A stretch of 64,000 nt of DNA from Sphyrna mokarran. Its lineage: Eukaryota. Made by a program: the position numbers and the translations under genes. The notes beneath the pieces were generated by a model that ran no database searches, was not told where the DNA came from, and saw only the letters and a list, made by a program, of their open reading frames with translations. Location: assembly GCA_024679065.1 (NCBI GenBank), contig JAGIQG010000010.1, positions 68,634,001 to 68,698,000 on the forward strand, read 5' to 3'. Shown here one piece after another: positions 13,065-25,400 of the stretch (the first letter of the stretch is position 1; each line of letters begins with the position of its first letter).

Positions 13065-15672
13065 AAATTGTGGCTACAACAGAGAAAAGGAGGGCAGGAC
13101 TGGATATTAAATATTCCCCAGATACAAGGTGTTCAGGAAAGCTTGAAAAGAAAGGAAAAGAACAGGAGTAGCAGTGATGATGCACCAGAGTGGCCAAGAA
13201 CAAAATTGACTTAGCTAAAGCTAAAGATCAAAAAAGGTACAATTCTATTGGTCAGTGTAATCTATAGGCCACTGACTAGAGTGAAAACTGTAGGGGAACA
13301 AATCTGCAAGGAAATTACAGAGAAGCATAAGAATTATAAAGTAGTTATAATTGTGGATAATTATATACTTCAAACAGAGATTAGGATAATATTAGTGTAA
13401 AGGACAATGAGGGACAAGAATTCATAGGTATGTTCAGGAGAATTTTCTACAGCTGTATGCTTCCAGTCCAATATGAAAGGAATCTATTTGACCCAATTTT
13501 TGGAATAAGGTGCAAAATGGATCACAGTCATAAAGTAGAGATGCCAGTATTGGACTGGGTTGGGCATTGTAAGAAGTCTCACAACACCACGTTGAAGTCT
13601 AACAGGTTTATTTGGAATCATGAGTTTTCAGAACGCTGCTCCTTCATCAGGTGAGGCACTCCAAAAGCTCGTGATTCCAAATAAGCCTGTTGGACTTCAA
13701 CCTGGTGTTGTGAGACTTCTTAAAGCAAATCAAGTGGCAGTAGAAGAATATTTAGGAGACAATGTCATTATATCACGTATTTTAGGCTGACTATAGAAAA
13801 GGACAAGGAATAGTCCAGAGTAAGAATAATTAACTGGGGGAAAGCCAACTTCAAATGGGGTAAGAATGAATCTAAACCAGATAAGTTGGATTCAAAGATT
13901 AGCAGGCTAAACTACAACTGAAAGGTAGGATGCTTTTAAAGAGGAAGTTCAAGTATAATCAACGTATATTCCCACAAAGCAGAAAGGTAAGGCAAACAAA
14001 TCCAGAGCAATTTGGATGACAAATGAGATTGAGAGTAGGAAGGGTGTGCTTATGTCAATTGGATAATTGAGAACCAGGCCAAATATAGAAGGTTCAGAGG
14101 AGAATTGAGAAAGCAAATAAGAGAAGCAAAGAGAATGAGAAGAGACTGGCAGCTGACATTAAAGGAAATCCAAAAGTCTCCTATAGGCAAATAAATAGTG
14201 CAAGGATAGCAAGAAAAATGGGGCTACCTAGGGACCAAAAAGGGCATGAAGACAAAGGATATAGCTGAGGTATTAAATTAATACTTTGAGAACCTGTCTT
14301 TACCAAGGAATATGCTATCCAGGTCATGGTGAGAGAGGAGTAGTTCAAAAACTTGAAGGATTTAAAATTAATAAGGAGGTGGTATTGAATAGGTTGCCTA
14401 TACTTAAAAGTTGATAATTCCAGCAACTACAGACCAGTTTAACATCAGTGGTGGGAAAACTTTTAGAAACAACAATTCAGAACAAAGTTAATAGTCATTT
14501 GAGGGAAACATAGATTAATTAAGAGAGCAAGCACAGATTTGTTAACGGAAAATCATGTTTAACTAACTTGCTGGAGCTTTTCGATGAGATAGTGGGGAGA
14601 CTTGATGAGGTTAATGCTGCTGATGTACATCAACCTCCAAAGACATTTAGTAAAGTGCAACATAACAGACTAGTAGGCAAAGGTAAACTTAATGAAATAA
14701 AAGGGGAGAGGAGCATCATGCATATAATATTGACTAAATGGCAGGAAATAAGAGTGATGGTGAATAGTTGATTTTCAGATTAGAGGAAGGATTATAGTAG
14801 AGCTTCGCAAAGATAGTATTAGAACCTCTGATCTTTCTGGAATATATTAATTACTTAGATCTTGATGTGCAAGGCATCATTTTGAAATTTACAGTTAATA
14901 GGAAATGTGGAAGTACTGTAAACTATAGAATTTCAAGAAGACAGACAGGTCTGTGGAATGGAGGGGCAGCAATACAAGTGCCAGATAAAATTTAATGCAA
15001 AGTAGTGTAAAATGATTTATTTAGGTAGGAGGAATATGGAGATACAAAGGGAACAACTCAAAGGGTATATACGTACATAAATCATTGAAGGTGACAGGAC
15101 AAATTGAGAAAATAGCCAATAAAATATGCTATTCTGAGCTATATCAACTGGGGCAAAAAGTACAAAAGCAAAGGAATCATGTTAAATCTGTATAAAACAC
15201 TGGTTTGGCCTTAATTGGAGTATTGTGCCCAGTTCTGGGATTAGAAGAAGGTCAGAGGGTGCAGAAAAGATTCACAAAAATGATTCCAGGGATGAGGAAC
15301 TTCACCGTTTTCCTTGAGAAGAGATTCGATTGATGCATTTAAAATCATGAGTCTGGACAGAGTAGATAGGCTGAATCTGTTCTCATTGTGGAAGGTCAAT
15401 TTGAGTCATTGGTAAAAACAGTAATGCTGACATGAGAAAAATCTTTCAATGATTAAGTTGTTAGAATCTGAAATGCATTGCGAGTGACATGGTGGCAGGC
15501 CGAATCCAGGGATTCAAAGGGGAGTTGGATCAACATCTGAGAAGGAAAATAGTGCATTATTATGGGAAAAAGCTATACATGTAACAGTAGGTGGACTGCT
15601 CCTTTAGAGGGCAAGTACAGTCACAACAGGCCAAATGGCCTCCCTTTGTGCTGTAACTATTCTATGATTGTA
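13065..15672 (+). mobile_element. Long degraded CR1 ORF2 (endonuclease to 3' tail)
   Basis: Decayed motifs in the correct order: W.LNIP.YKVFRK, NYRPV.LTSVVGK, GKSCLTNLLELF, LEYCAQFW, 3' tail ending ctattctatgatt. Many stops and indels. Confidence 0.85.
13530..13722. mobile_element. Palindromic Penelope-like-derived insert nested in CR1
   Basis: ~59-bp inverted arms 13570-13628 and 13663-13722 with about 5 mismatches. Hammerhead-like core in the loop. Confidence 0.8.
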
Positions 15673-15967
15673 CAATTTCTGTGGCACTTCCTCTTGTCCC
15701 AAGGCACTTCTGGAACATATATTCCTGACTCCTATATTTGCAGAGTTTCCTTCAATTAGCTCTGGAGCTAAATAACCGAGCTGTGGTTTCCAGTACTGCC
15801 TTATCATGTGGTCACACTATTCCATTGTACTAAATAACATTGTTGTAACAATGTACAGTCAAACCAATTAGATCTTAGTGCTGAGCTTAAGTTCAGGCCA
15901 ACTTCCACTTATTAAAATATGTTCTCACAACTCGTCCATCCCAATGTTTTTTTTAATCTGAATTTAC

Positions 15968-16165
15968 CTTTTAAAATATATGGAGACTGGCCTACATGTT
16001 GACCTTGATGGAATATTTCAATCTTTAGCCCCTCATTGGCAGTTCCATACAGTCGGTACCTCATAAGAAATGTTCCATCATTTCGATCCAAAGGTGCAGG
16101 TACATAACGCCGAACATGTTCTCTGGAGGACAGCACTTTGATCACCACATTGAAAGTATTACTTC
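15968..16165 (-). CDS. POGLUT3: POGLUT3 coding exon 2 (filamin-type domain)
   Basis: tttAG acceptor, G|GTAAAT donor, 198 nt, phase 1-1. Encodes PLDRNDGTFLMRYRLYG...QSPYILKG. Confidence 0.95.
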
Positions 16166-16649
16166 CTAAATTAGAAAAGGCAAAATGAATGACTTTACTT
16201 TTCAATTTCAGTCACTATATTTATTAATTTAAGAACTTAGGTTTTTAAAAAAGTCTCCAAAGTTACAACTGGCTGAAGAGGAATCTCAACAGAAAAGCCA
16301 CATTAGAGTGGCTTTTAATTTGCACAAACATGTGAGCACAGAAATTTGATTATAACCTTTAAATGACTCCCAGATGTCTGGTAGTGGTCATGATTCTATT
16401 ATAATTCAATCTGGGGAATTTTAATTTACTATTGCACTGCAAGATGCAGAACAATACTGACAAAAATGCTTAACCATTAGGACTGCATTGCTGGACTTCA
16501 ATAAACTTAAGCTAAACCTAGCTGCAATGCAATATTGCAATCAATATAGTTTTAAGAGTGAATTACAGCAGCAAATCCAGAACTGATGACCATGTTGTTT
16601 CACTGGGAGTGAACAAAACGGTCCAGATTTCCAGGAGAAATTTACATAC

Positions 16650-16857
16650 CGGGAGAAGAGGTGACATTTTTTCCTGCGGAGTTAACTGCCTGGATATAGA
16701 AATATCGAACCGGCAGCACAACATCAGCCCTCAGACCCGGCCCCCAGACCAAACTTTTTGCAGCACTCACTTCCTCTTTTTCTGTTTCACATTTACCAAC
16801 ACAAACCATCAAAAACAACTCCACCGAAAACACCCAAAGCCATTGCTGCCGCTGCAT
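16650..16857 (-). CDS. POGLUT3: POGLUT3/KDELC2 coding exon 1 (signal peptide and start of filamin-type Ig domain)
   Basis: ATG at 16857 (A at -3). MQRQQWLWVFSVELFLMVCVG...SAAKSLVWGPGLRADVVLPVRYFYIQAVNSAGKNVTSSP matches the KDELC2 N-terminus. Donor G|GTATGT, 208 nt, phase 1. Confidence 0.93.
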
Positions 16858-17060
16858 TATTTTTGACCTACTCCGATTCACCGCCTAAGCATTTGTAAAC
16901 CTCTCACCCTACCACTACCCACCCCCCCAAATAAAACTTCAATGCCACCCGGGGATACTCCACATCGTTAGCCGCCTTTGACTGGAGTGCGGAAACCCCG
17001 ATGGCTACGTCGGAACGAAAAGAAAACCTGGAACGGATCCCTGGTGGAGCCGAACCGAAT
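16858..17060 (-). promoter_or_regulatory. POGLUT3 5' UTR / CpG-rich proximal promoter
   Basis: Local CpG enrichment in a CpG-depleted background directly upstream of the ATG, with CGGAA (ETS-like) motifs. TSS cannot be determined. Confidence 0.55.
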
Positions 17061-17149
17061 AACAATTAGCTTGCATTTATATAGAGCCTTTAATCCAGTA
17101 CAATGTCCTAAGGCTCTTCACAGGAGTGTTATCAAACAAGATTTGTCAT

Positions 17150-17600
17150 TCCCCCCGATGTGGAAAGGTCTTGATGTTCCATCCTGCTATCCAGTGAAGG
17201 GTCTGCACAAGAGATCTCTTTATTCTGGAGTTGTCCCCTGTTCCATGGAGATCTGGGCTTGGAGAGTCTTGCACCATGCAGTCCCTACAAATATGTTTTA
17301 AAGTCAATTCACAGAGTCCAGGGCTATCTGTAATTTTTGCAATTACGAAACATAAAATGCTGGAAAGACTCAATAGGTCTGGCAGCATCCAAGGAGAGAG
17401 AAACAGAGTTAACATTTTGAGTCCACATGACCTTTCAGATTTCAGATCCCAGCATTTGCAATTTTTTTGCTTTTCCTGTAATTTTTGTGCCGTGGGTGAG
17501 TTTGTGTTTCATGATTACACTGAGCCTGAGGGAGTTGCTCCTCTACCAATGGCCAGTTTTTAGTTCCATGCACTTGATCTTTAGTCACCTGATCGAAAGA
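17150..17600 (+). mobile_element. L1/Tx1-like fragment (RT-associated zinc-binding region) split by a Penelope-derived insert
   Basis: SLYSGVVP...WRVLHHAVPTN...ICNFC [insert] CNFCAVGEFVFH. The insert is flanked by the 12-bp duplication CTGTAATTTTTG (17328-17339 and 17476-17487). Confidence 0.65.
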
Positions 17601-17984
17601 GGAACAGGCAATTCCAATAACTCCTTACACATTAGCTCTTGGGCCTCTCTAATTAGGTGATCTTTAACAGATCCAGACAAGGTATAGTTGATGCCTTTCT
17701 TAAGATACCTGCCTTTCTTAGACAGGTATGTCCAAATCTGACTGTGCCTGGAAAGGGAGCATATTATCCACTGTTATACTTGAGAATTTTTGCAACTGGT
17801 GGACAACTGAGGAATTGAAGCACAATAAAAGGAATTAAAATTATAATTTAATAAGTTGTTAGTTTTGTCCTAATTTCAAACTTAGATTTGTGTACCTCTA
17901 ACAAGGGAGTAATTATTGTTTATGTGTTCCTGTTCAATGATTTAATGATTTTAACTTATCTAAAAGTGTCAAGTAAGATTTGAC

Positions 17985-18410
17985 ATTGATACAAACAAGG
18001 GATAGGAGGACAGATAATCAATGATGGAGTGGTATTATAATTGGGAGATGTGCAAGAGGCTAGTACTGGATGAGCACAAGTGATCTCAGAGGGTTGTAGG
18101 GATGGAGGAGGTTTCAGCAATAAAGAGGAGTAAGAGAGTAAGAGGAGTAAGAGGGATTTGAAACAAGGATAAGAATTTTAGAATTGAGATGTTGCCAAAC
18201 TGGGAGCCAAAGTAACTAAACCAGCACAGGATTAAAAAGCAATTGGACTTGATGTGTTTGGATATGGGGAAAAGAATTTTGGATCAGTTATAGTTTTGAA
18301 GGGTGGAAGACCAGAACAGCATTGTAAAAGTGACAAAGTAATGGGTGAAGTTTCCAGCAACATATGAGCTGAGGCAGTCAGGAGGAAATAGATGCTGAGA
18401 TGGATATAGA
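17985..18410 (-). mobile_element. Degraded L2-like fragment
   Basis: Similar to 6900-7250 (gagggatttgaa..a.ga..agaattt). Confidence 0.5.
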
Positions 18411-19465
18411 CACAGAGCAAATACATTGGAAACAGGATTTCTCATCAGCTCCTCACACTAGCAGAAAGAGAAGGGTAGAATTCGGGGGCACAGAATAGAA
18501 CTAAAAAAAAACAGGTAACATGTTTTTTCAATGAATACACTGGGCAAATGCCCTGACATGGAGTTTTGAAAGGATCTGGGGAATACATTTGCCAAGTTCG
18601 ATTTTGAAATTTTAAATTATAATTATATATTATAATTATATATTATAATATATTCAGACTACAATTCATTACATGTCTATGATTTTAATGCATTTCACGT
18701 GAAAAGTTCACATTGCTCTATATATTTATAAGTGAGTTTCTAATTGAACTTCTTCTTACTTGTTTAATGCAGAATGACAATTAGACTAGGAGGCTTCACA
18801 TTCTCAGGGCATTGGAAGGGGTCATAGGGCCAGTAGACTCTTTACAGGTAGAATGGGTTTCGTTCGAACCAGAAGCATGTCAATGTATTAACAAAAAAAA
18901 ATTAATGAGGAATCACTAAAGTGGATGATGGCCAAAATAATCAAAAAATGAGTGATTGAATGTTATTGGGTAGGTTGGATATCAGTTAAGAAGAATAGTT
19001 AAAGGAAATTTATGAAAATGGCAAATGATTCTGAAGAGTATGACTGCATTTATATGTAAATACACAAAGCATTGGAAATAATGTCAGATGCACAGAAAAA
19101 AATCCAGGCTTGATCAAAATCTGACTACAATATCACCCTGCATAAACCAATCAAACACCTACTTGCTTCATTTGCTTGTTTCTGGCAGGAGAGAATTAAA
19201 TGTAGTTAGTTTTCTTTGAGTAGAAAGCATCAATGATCTCCCTTGTGCAACACCGGGTAGAAAACTGCAAGAAAACACTCGTATCTCTAGCTCCAAACTG
19301 GAAGGAACCAGAGGCATTAATATTTATTGTAGTAATTAACATTGCATCTTGTCCTGCTGAGCTTAAAGTTGTGGTTGAAGTAAATGACAAATTTCAATGA
19401 TGACCTCCTTAGTGAAATGCAGATGTCTCACAGATTGTTCTTTGCTAACCCCGGTAGGAGAATTG

Positions 19466-19677
19466 TTTCAAGAATACACGGGGCAGATATGGCCTCTGAC
19501 TGATCTTCACCCCTTCCGCCTTCTCCTCCCTCTTTTAGCAGCTTGTCCTACTTTTTGGTCTCTGCTCTTTCTTCCAGCCACTCCCTGCCACTGCACCTAT
19601 ATCAGTGAGTAACTGGCTTATGAAAAAGCAGGAAGTACTTTAGCATATGCCACAGCACTCCCCGTGTATTTCTGAAA
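19466..19677. mobile_element. Candidate MITE with ~28-bp terminal inverted repeats
   Basis: tttcaagaatacacggggcagatatggc versus the reverse complement of gccacagcactccccgtgtatttctgaaa. Confidence 0.5.
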
Positions 19678-20719
19678 TTTGGAACAATAATGCAAAACAC
19701 TAAAACTATGTAGAATTGTACAAAAACCAGATAAAATAAATCCGTCCTATATTTAACATGTATTCAGTTGGATGGACTTAGAGAGGTACTGATTGACGTC
19801 ATGATCTGCATAATCGACACTGCATAATTTCAACAGACATTCACTGCATGCACATTAATGCCTGCACCAAGATGGCTATTATTGAAGTTTATCTGTACAC
19901 CTTGAATGCCATTTTAGTTGCCTTACTATCTACCATTACTGGCCAGAAACAATAATCTTTGCTATTGTCTCTGACAAAGGGTCATCCAGACTTGAAATGT
20001 TGATTCTATTCTCTCTCCACAGATGCTATCAGATCTGCTGAGATTTTCCAGCATTTTCTGTTTTTGTTGCCTTCTAACCAGGCCACCTTGACATCGGTTC
20101 CCTTCTAATGCTGCCTCAGGCCTGTCTAGAGGTTTTGCCCACCCACTTCTCTAGAAGGTGAAAATTCGGTGGTGATGGGGAGAGGTAATGGATTCAGGAA
20201 CTGCCCCAACTTGTATTTCCCTTGTTCAGAGATGAAAATCCAGTCCAAGTAGTTACACTTAAAGTGCAATAAGATTGTCAAATCTCAGATATCTGCACCC
20301 CTCTAATTCTGGCCTCAAGTTATAATTTGTTCCACTTTAGGTGGCCTATGTGGTCAGTTGCCTAGACCCCAAGCTCTGCAATTTCCTCTCTACACTTTTC
20401 CGCATCTATACTTTACTTTTCTCCTTTAAAACACTCTTAATATCTATCTCTTTGACCAAGCTCTTAGGGCTGTTTAATTACATTGGAAGTGCTATATAAA
20501 TATCATGTATTGTTATTGTGCCTTCTCCTTGTCCTGTCTGATTCTTCTATATATTTCTTTTTGTGGTATGGTGAACAAACAATCCAAGGATGGTCTAACT
20601 AGTCTGTTATTAAAAACTCAGTATAATATCTGGAACTTTATTAACTACTGATTCCAGTACCTTACTTGTTTCCAAGGGCTTTGCCATATTTCAAGGTATG
20701 GAATGTAATGAATAGATTG

Positions 20720-21255
20720 GCACTATCAGATACTTGGCTCAGTTGCCATCTACCAAATCAATTTAAAGACAGAGAATATGTTGCTAACTCACTTCCATGT
20801 GCAGTGAGAGAATAAGACATTAAACCAAAGCCTAGTTGACCATAAAAGATCCTATAGCACTATTCAAAGAAGCACAAGAAAATTCTTCAGGTGCCCAGGC
20901 CAACATACATTCCACAACTAATGTATTGGCTGGTCATTTATCTTTTTTTATTCATTCATGGGATATGGGGCGTTGCTGGATAGGGCTGGACTTGTTCCCT
21001 AACTGACCTTGATGAGGTGATGGTGAGCTGTCTTCTTGAACTGCTACAATTTACATGATGAAAGTGCGCCCACAGGGCTCATAGTTAGGAAGTTCCAGGA
21101 TTTTGAACTCATGATATCATTGCTATTTTTAGGACATTGCTGCACAAAATTGGCTGCCGAATTTGCTTGCATTCCAACATTGATTATGCCTCAAAAGTAG
21201 TTATTGGCTGTGAAAGACTGTGTGACATCCTGCTATATCAGTGCAGATTTTTCCT
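20720..21255 (+). mobile_element. Deu-core SINE (SacSINE1/AmnSINE1-like), interrupted at ~20945-21110 by another repeat
   Basis: Deu-core-like segments agacattaaacc, taaaagatcc.at.gcactatt..aagaag and aaattggctgccg. Further minus-strand copies at ~37030-37310 and ~58030-58740. Confidence 0.7.
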
Positions 21256-21604
21256 TTGTTATTATTCAGCTAGTTTAGGATGCAAGTCCTTTTACGAAAG
21301 AATCTAAATTTGCATTGATTGAATACAAGTAAAAATCTCCCAAACTTGGGGTGAGATTTTCTGGCCCTTCCTGTTGGCAGGATCCCTTGGTATTGCAGAG
21401 ACACCCTCACAGAGGGTTCCCTGATGGCATGATTGGTGAGCCACACATGATGCCAGAGACATGGTAGGATGGGAAGATCCCACTGAAAGCCAATGATAAC
21501 CTGCCTCCGTTGCTGTAAAACATAAAGGGGTGGGGGGGGGTGGAATTTTGCTCTTGCACTTACATTTATAGCCTCAACGTACAATAAAAGCTTTGTTTTC
21601 TGTC

Positions 21605-22459
21605 TTTATTTTATGTATAGTTCATAGATTGGAAGATACGCAAAAAAGTACACACTTTATACAATTACTTTATTCAAGGCCCAAACATCTGGATGTTAAT
21701 TGCAAATGCAAAAATACAGACACTATATTATTAGCACTGTAACTTCTTATCTGACTATTTTAACATTTAGTTAATAGTATATTTATAAGCATTATGCAAA
21801 ACCTATGATCAAATAAGTAGCATGTTCGATTGCAAAATATTTTGCTTTGCCCCTTAAGTATATTTTTGATGATCAAAGAATTTTTAGCAATAAAAACTTT
21901 CAATCAAATAAGATAAAAAACAGAAGCTGGCAGCAGCTGAAAACATGAATACAGAAAAGATTTGAATTGCACAACAGGTCCATCAGTATATGAGACATAA
22001 TAATGTTTCAGATGAAATCCCGCATTACAAATCTGATAAAAGATCTTACGCAAAATGTTAATCTGTCATGTTTTAAACCAAAACCTATATGTTTATGCTT
22101 TTAGAGTGGATGGTCCTTTTTGTTCTCATTAATATAAATATATACAACTTCATCCAAATATGCATTGTCCATTGCTATGAATAAAGTCCACCTAAAGAAT
22201 GTTAAAGTAAAATACAAATAGTTCCAGCAATGAAGAGCTTGTTCCCTGTTAAAGTGCTAAAGAGATCTGAAAATGACAGCTATATTATACACGTTGAAAA
22301 TACAAATATTGACACTCTGAAGTATTTTAGTGTCATGCTTGAGAGCATATTGACACATATTAGGATGACTATGACTGCCAACAATAAGGATCATAAAAGA
22401 TGATTTGATACAAATCAATAAAATACACTGCCAATCAAACTTATATACAGTGATTATTA
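21605..22459 (-). other. EXPH5 putative 3' UTR with candidate polyadenylation signals
   Basis: AT-rich DNA after the stop codon. Minus-strand AATAAA at 21669-21674 and 21605-21610. Confidence 0.5.
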
Positions 22460-25400
22460 TTATAATGCAGATTCCTTTACAGTTCCATTGCCATCCAAAA
22501 AATACTCGTCATCAGTAGTGGTGTCTGAATTTGTATCTGAGTAACAAGGGAAATTCTGTTTGTCAATCTCAGCTGGTGCATGGTGTAGCTGTGGCGAAAG
22601 ACTGTCCTCTGATATTTTACTCCCTGTGGATGAAGAACTTAGAAGTCTCATTATATCAGAAGGATTTTCCTTGGGCCAGAATATTTTAATGTCTACAGGA
22701 AAATATTCATCATTCTGTCCCACATCATCATTCACTCCTGGATCCTGATTTACTTTAGTGATGTGTGGATTAAAAACATCCTCACTTCTTGGAGATGAGG
22801 CTTTGTTGTGCAGATATCCAGGTTTCCACAATTTGTCCTCGACTAATACTCTTTTCAGGTTCTTAAGGTGTGTTTCTTTCTTTTTCTCTTCTTTGGAAAT
22901 ATTTCCAATCAAAAATTCACTAAATTTACTGCTATGGTATGACGTCCAATTGTTATAGTCAGGCTCATTCTCATTAGAGAAAGGCAAATCAAAATATGAT
23001 TGAGAAAGTGTACGAGATTTTATACAATTGGAAACCTGGAGACTGTGGCGAGATTGCCTGTTGCAAACAGTTCGTTTAGGATTATGCAAGCTGCTGGTGG
23101 AAAATATGTTTTCATGATCTTGGAAGGGGGATTGGTTATAATCTGAATTAATGTCTTTCAAACTTTTTGCGTTATACATTCCATCACACATATGTGAAAC
23201 ATTCTGTGGACTGGACCTTGGAGAATGTGTAAACCTGCAGTGTTTTTTCAAAAATCTGGATGTCCCTGTACGTAAGTTATTGTTGACTGTATCATCTTCA
23301 TTAATACTAGAGGAACTTGCTCTGAGTTGATAAAAATCATTGTAGGCATTTAATCTATTGCGAAAATTATTAAGCTCTCTGATATCTGAATCAATTTGAT
23401 CTTCATTTGGGGAGTTTTGCTGCGGCAAGGTAGAAATATTTGCATTTTTCATTCCCTTTGTCCGGTTCTGAAATGTTTCTCCACAGAATACTTTCTTTCT
23501 GCATCTGAATATTTTGCCATTTCTTTCTGCATTGTCAAAGTCTTGTGCAGGGAAGTCAACATGATTTGGTGAATGATCACATGTTATATTCCTGTTGTTA
23601 CATATAACATCAGTGGGAGACAGAAGAGTGGGTGACAAATCAAGTGGTGGAGAAATATCATTGATTAAATCCTTATTAAGATGTTCAGAACTGCCATAGT
23701 ATCTTCTGGCCAAAGTGATATCACCACATTTTGTCGTCTCTCTCAAATACTTACTTTTCTTGCTGCATGTGACACTTAAAAAAGAGTCTTGATCAATCAA
23801 GAGATCCCGTGATGAAACAATATTGTCAGTTTCTGATTTATAGCGCTTCATATTAACATCACATTGTTTATTCAAAGACTGATCACTGGTTGGAAACCAA
23901 TTCTGAAACTTTGTATTTTTGTCCCATGCAATGTTTGTATCAGGCAATAAGAAAGTTCCTCTATTGTTTTTAGATTTACAATTTTCTAGATTCTTGATAA
24001 TTGCTGTGTCCGTTACAAAGTCGCTTCTATTTGGAGAATGAACAGGTGATTTGCCTTGTTTGCTTTTTCTGATATTTACAGGAGACTGTTGTTCAACCAA
24101 AGAAAATTCATTGCTGGTTTCAAGTTTGTACTTCTGTAAACAGCTATTATTTTTTCTGTTCATTATAAATTCCCCACTCAATGTGCAATGAGTTGGTGAT
24201 TTGTCTTGGTTGTTGCGAATGGTTTCAGTGGTGAGCCAATGTCCAGTCATCTTAGATGGTGATGAGGGCGCACTATTAGTTTTATGTAAATCTTTAAAGT
24301 TTAACTTTTTGTAAGGTATTTTATCGTGATAGGTTTCAGTAAAGTGTGATGAATAATTCAGCCTGAGATTTTTCTTGATATCTGTGATAGTGGTTGTGGA
24401 CTGTGCGTCATTTAGTGAACTTAATGCTGGAATTGTGTTAGTTTCTAATGAGTTCACTTTTAAATGTTCATTGACACCAATATCTGCACTGACAGTAGCA
24501 CAGTTCAGTGAACAATTCACTGTCTCACATTTGATGCTGTGTGTCTGAGGAGAACGGTGGCTGGACACTGAACAGAGTGATGGAATTATATGGCTTGTCT
24601 TAAATTTGTCCTGATTATAATCCTGATTAATCACATCAACATCAGTCCTAGCTGGCAAATAACTCAGTAACATGTCCTTATAACCCTGTGTTGTCCTGGT
24701 AGGAGATTTTTGTTGAGTAACTTTATCTCCTGACAACAGTGCACTTTTAGTTTCATGTTTGTAATTTTCTAAATAATCAGGTCTTTCTTGGTGTACATTG
24801 ATGGCCACACTGTTTATCAAATGACGTGGTGACTTGTCTTCATTGCTATGCACAACGTCTGTAAGAGACAACTGGCTGGATACCTGGTTCAATGTTGAAG
24901 GCATAAACTCTGTCTCAAATGTATTCACTGCATCACAAGTATTATTAGCTTCTCTATCCACAGTGAAACCATCAATACTTAGGTATTGATCCTGCAATAT
25001 ATTTTTCCTGCCTTGTGTGATATTTTTACAGGTCCATTGTCTATTCAGTTTATCAAATGAAAGTGCACTGTTTTTGTCGGATTGGCATGTCTCTATAATT
25101 TTGCTACCTACTATCAAACTGATGTCATCTCCGACCAGGGAAAGTGCCTTTGATTTGTCTTCATTGCTGCTTTGAGGGGTATTCTCAGGGAGCCACTGGC
25201 TGGTCACTGCAGTTGATGGTGAGGGTGCACTCTTTGTTTTATGCAAAACATTTAATTTGAATTTGCCGGTTGGTCTCTTACGATGATAGATGTCAGTTAC
25301 CTTTGTTCCACAATGCTGCAGTGTACCTTTTTTCACATTGGTAGCACCCACAGCAAAATGAGGAGGAGTGAATGAATATACTGGTGAAGTGACAAGGCTG

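Noticed and set aside
16858-16881. Extended POGLUT3 N-terminus MNRSRSKI
   Set aside because: It starts at GTG. The ATG at 16857 gives a normal signal peptide.
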